DNA of 64,000 nucleotides, from positions 480,001 to 544,000 of the forward strand of contig OZ241863.1 in NCBI GenBank assembly GCA_965203055.1. Direction: 5' to 3'. The notes under the pieces are model-generated. The model worked only from the letters and a program-made list of their open reading frames with translations, was not told the origin of the DNA and did no database searches. Numbering within the stretch: the stretch's first letter is position 1; every line of letters starts with the position of its first letter. Made by a program: the position numbers and the translations under genes. Shown in pieces: positions 62,080 to 64,000 of the stretch. Source of the DNA: Spirochaetia bacterium (GTDB taxonomy: Bacteria > Spirochaetota > Spirochaetia > SZUA-6 > Bin103).

Positions 62080-63030
62080 CTAGAAGCCGGCGCGTTTGTC
62101 GGTAACGTTCCGCAGCGGTTGACCGGCGAGGTAGCGCTCCAACTGCTCCAGCGCGAACCGGAAGGTCTCCGCCTGGCGCCGTTGCGAAAACCCGGCGCGG
62201 TGCGGCGTCACTACCAGGTTGGGCGTGGTCCACAGCGGGCTGTCGTCCGCCACCGGCTCCGTCTCGCACACGTCGAGGCCGGCCCCGGCGATGGTTCCGG
62301 CGCGCAGGGCGGCCATCAGCGCCGGCTCGTCGATGATGCCGCCGCGGCTGACGTTCACCAGGTAGGCGGTGGGCTTCATCCGCTCCAGTTCCGCGGCGCT
62401 GATCAGGTGATACGTCTCCGGCAGCAGCGGACAGGTCACCGCGACCGCGTCCGCGCGCGCCAGAAACGCATGCAGGTTGGCGCGCGTCGGCGGCAGCAAC
62501 TCGGCGACTCCGGGCGGCGCCGGGTCCGCGCTGCGCACCGGGTCGAGCGCCAGCACCGTCATGTCGTAGCCGGCGGCGCGCCGCAGGGTCTGCAGGCCGA
62601 ATCCCCCCAGCCCGATGATCAGCAGCGTGCCGCCGGTCAGCGAGGTCACCTCGTACCGCTCCCAGCGGCGGTCGACCGCGGCGCGCACCACCCCGCGGCT
62701 CAGCGCCAGCAGCAGCGCCCAGGCGTGCTCGCCGCCCTGCACCGCGTACTTGCCGGCCATGTTGGTGAGCGTGAACGGCAGCTCCGCCACCGCGGGCGTC
62801 AGCAGCGTGTCCAGGCCGGCGCTGAAGGAGTGCGCCCACTTCAGGTTGCGCGCCGCCAGCAGCAGCTCGGGGGTGAGGGCGCCCAGCGCCACTTCCACCT
62901 CCGGCGCCAGCGCCAGCGCCGCGGCCGCGTCGGGCGCGTATGCCACCTCGTGGCCGCCGCCGCGGCGCGCCGCGGCTTCCAGCTCGGCGCGCTGCTCGGG
63001 CGTGAACGAAAAGCTGACCAGAATCTTCAT
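62080..63030 (-). CDS. D-2-hydroxyacid dehydrogenase family protein
   Basis: IIGLGGFG, NVSRG, AGLDV...EP, TPH. Confidence 0.9.
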   Translation of the reverse strand: MKILVSFSFTPEQRAELEAAARRGGGHEVAYAPDAAAALALAPEVEVALGALTPELLLAARNLKWAHSFSAGLDTLLTPAVAELPFTLTNMAGKYAVQGGEHAWALLLALSRGVVRAAVDRRWERYEVTSLTGGTLLIIGLGGFGLQTLRRAAGYDMTVLALDPVRSADPAPPGVAELLPPTRANLHAFLARADAVAVTCPLLPETYHLISAAELERMKPTAYLVNVSRGGIIDEPALMAALRAGTIAGAGLDVCETEPVADDSPLWTTPNLVVTPHRAGFSQRRQAETFRFALEQLERYLAGQPLRNVTDKRAGF

Positions 63031-63980
63031 GCCGACCTCCCGGCGCCGGCGGGCGCCTGAATCTCTTCCGGAGGGGGGAACCCATGCTGGTTGCGGTGCG
63101 GCGCGCTGTCGAAGTGCTGGGTGGACTTGTACCACTCAAGGCGCCCGTCCGCGGCCACCGGGCGCACGCGGCGCAGCAGCGCGTCCTGCTCGCTGCGGCT
63201 CATGGGGACGAAGTCACGCGCCGCGGCGCTGTTATGATCCACGATCTCCACCGAGGTCATGCCGGACACCAGCGTCGACACCGGCTGCGACAGAGCGAAC
63301 CGCAGGCACTCGGCCGGCGTCAGCCCCGCCGCGGTGAGGAACTGCGCGCGCCCGCCGAGCGCCTTCATGCCGATGACGCCGATGCCGCGCCGCTGCGCCT
63401 CCGGCAGCACGCTGCGGATGAAGCTCTTGTAGTGCGGGTCCATCACCGTGACCGGCATCTGCACCGCGGACCAGGGGAACTCGTGACCGAGCATGGCCAG
63501 CAGATAGGCCGGATCCTTGTGGCCGGTGCAGCCGACGTAGCGGACCTTGCCGGCGGCCAGCGCCTGGCGGGCCGCTTCAGCCGCGCCGTCCGCGGCGAAC
63601 ACCAGTTCGTCGTCGGTGGCGTAGTTGATCTCGTGGAACTGCCACAGGTCGATCACCTCGGTGCGCAGCCGGCGCAGGCTGTCCTCCAGGTTGGCGAGCG
63701 CGCCGCCGCGGTCGCGCGCGCATACCTTGGTCATCAGGAACACTTCGGAGCGGCGGCCCTCCAGCGCCTCCCCCATGAGCTCTTCCGAACGGCCGTCGTT
63801 GTACTCCCAGGCGTTGTCCATGAAGGTCACGCCGCGGTCGATGGCGCGGCGAATGACGCGCACCACTTCGCGGTCGGAATTGCCGGCGCCGGGGCTGGCT
63901 ACGTGAGCGCCTCCCATGCCGAGAATGGATACTTGTTCCCCGGTGGAGCCCAGAGGCCGTTGCGGAAGCGCGTCACTCAT
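63027..63980 (-). CDS. Aldo/keto reductase
   Basis: LGMGG, DNAWEY, MTKV, DLWQFH, GMKALGG. Confidence 0.88.
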   Translation of the reverse strand: MSDALPQRPLGSTGEQVSILGMGGAHVASPGAGNSDREVVRVIRRAIDRGVTFMDNAWEYNDGRSEELMGEALEGRRSEVFLMTKVCARDRGGALANLEDSLRRLRTEVIDLWQFHEINYATDDELVFAADGAAEAARQALAAGKVRYVGCTGHKDPAYLLAMLGHEFPWSAVQMPVTVMDPHYKSFIRSVLPEAQRRGIGVIGMKALGGRAQFLTAAGLTPAECLRFALSQPVSTLVSGMTSVEIVDHNSAAARDFVPMSRSEQDALLRRVRPVAADGRLEWYKSTQHFDSAPHRNQHGFPPPEEIQAPAGAGRSA

Positions 63981-64000
63981 ACCGCCCGGACCCTACACCA

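Overview
GC-rich bacterial window mixing catabolic operons with three lower-GC or accessory defence insertions. 1-21.4 kb is a purine uptake and degradation cluster (xdhAB, HIU hydrolase, uricase, adenine and guanine deaminases, OHCU decarboxylase, BMP-type ABC transporter). Two cassettes interrupt it: (i) an amino-methyltransferase plus PD-(D/E)xK nuclease followed by a decayed DarT-like/ADP-ribosylglycohydrolase pair, and (ii) an AlbA_2-ATPase / dual-OB / DUF488 x2 cassette. 21-32 kb holds a sugar kinase and nucleotidyltransferase, mutM and several oxidoreductases. 32.3-52.4 kb is a type 3 BREX locus in canonical order (brxF, brxC/pglY, pglXI, brxHII, pglZ, brxA) carrying nested cargo: Uma2, an Rpn nuclease, and a low-GC block. 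That block is the best candidate for an undescribed system. It contains a GHKL-ATPase relic, an N-truncated C5 cytosine methyltransferase, a large UG/Abi-like reverse transcriptase with a non-canonical FADE motif, and a separately encoded, translationally coupled nitrilase-domain protein. 52.4-64 kb is a family-5 ABC transporter operon with a duplicated binding protein, plus two reductases. All calls come from reading motifs by eye; no database searches were run.
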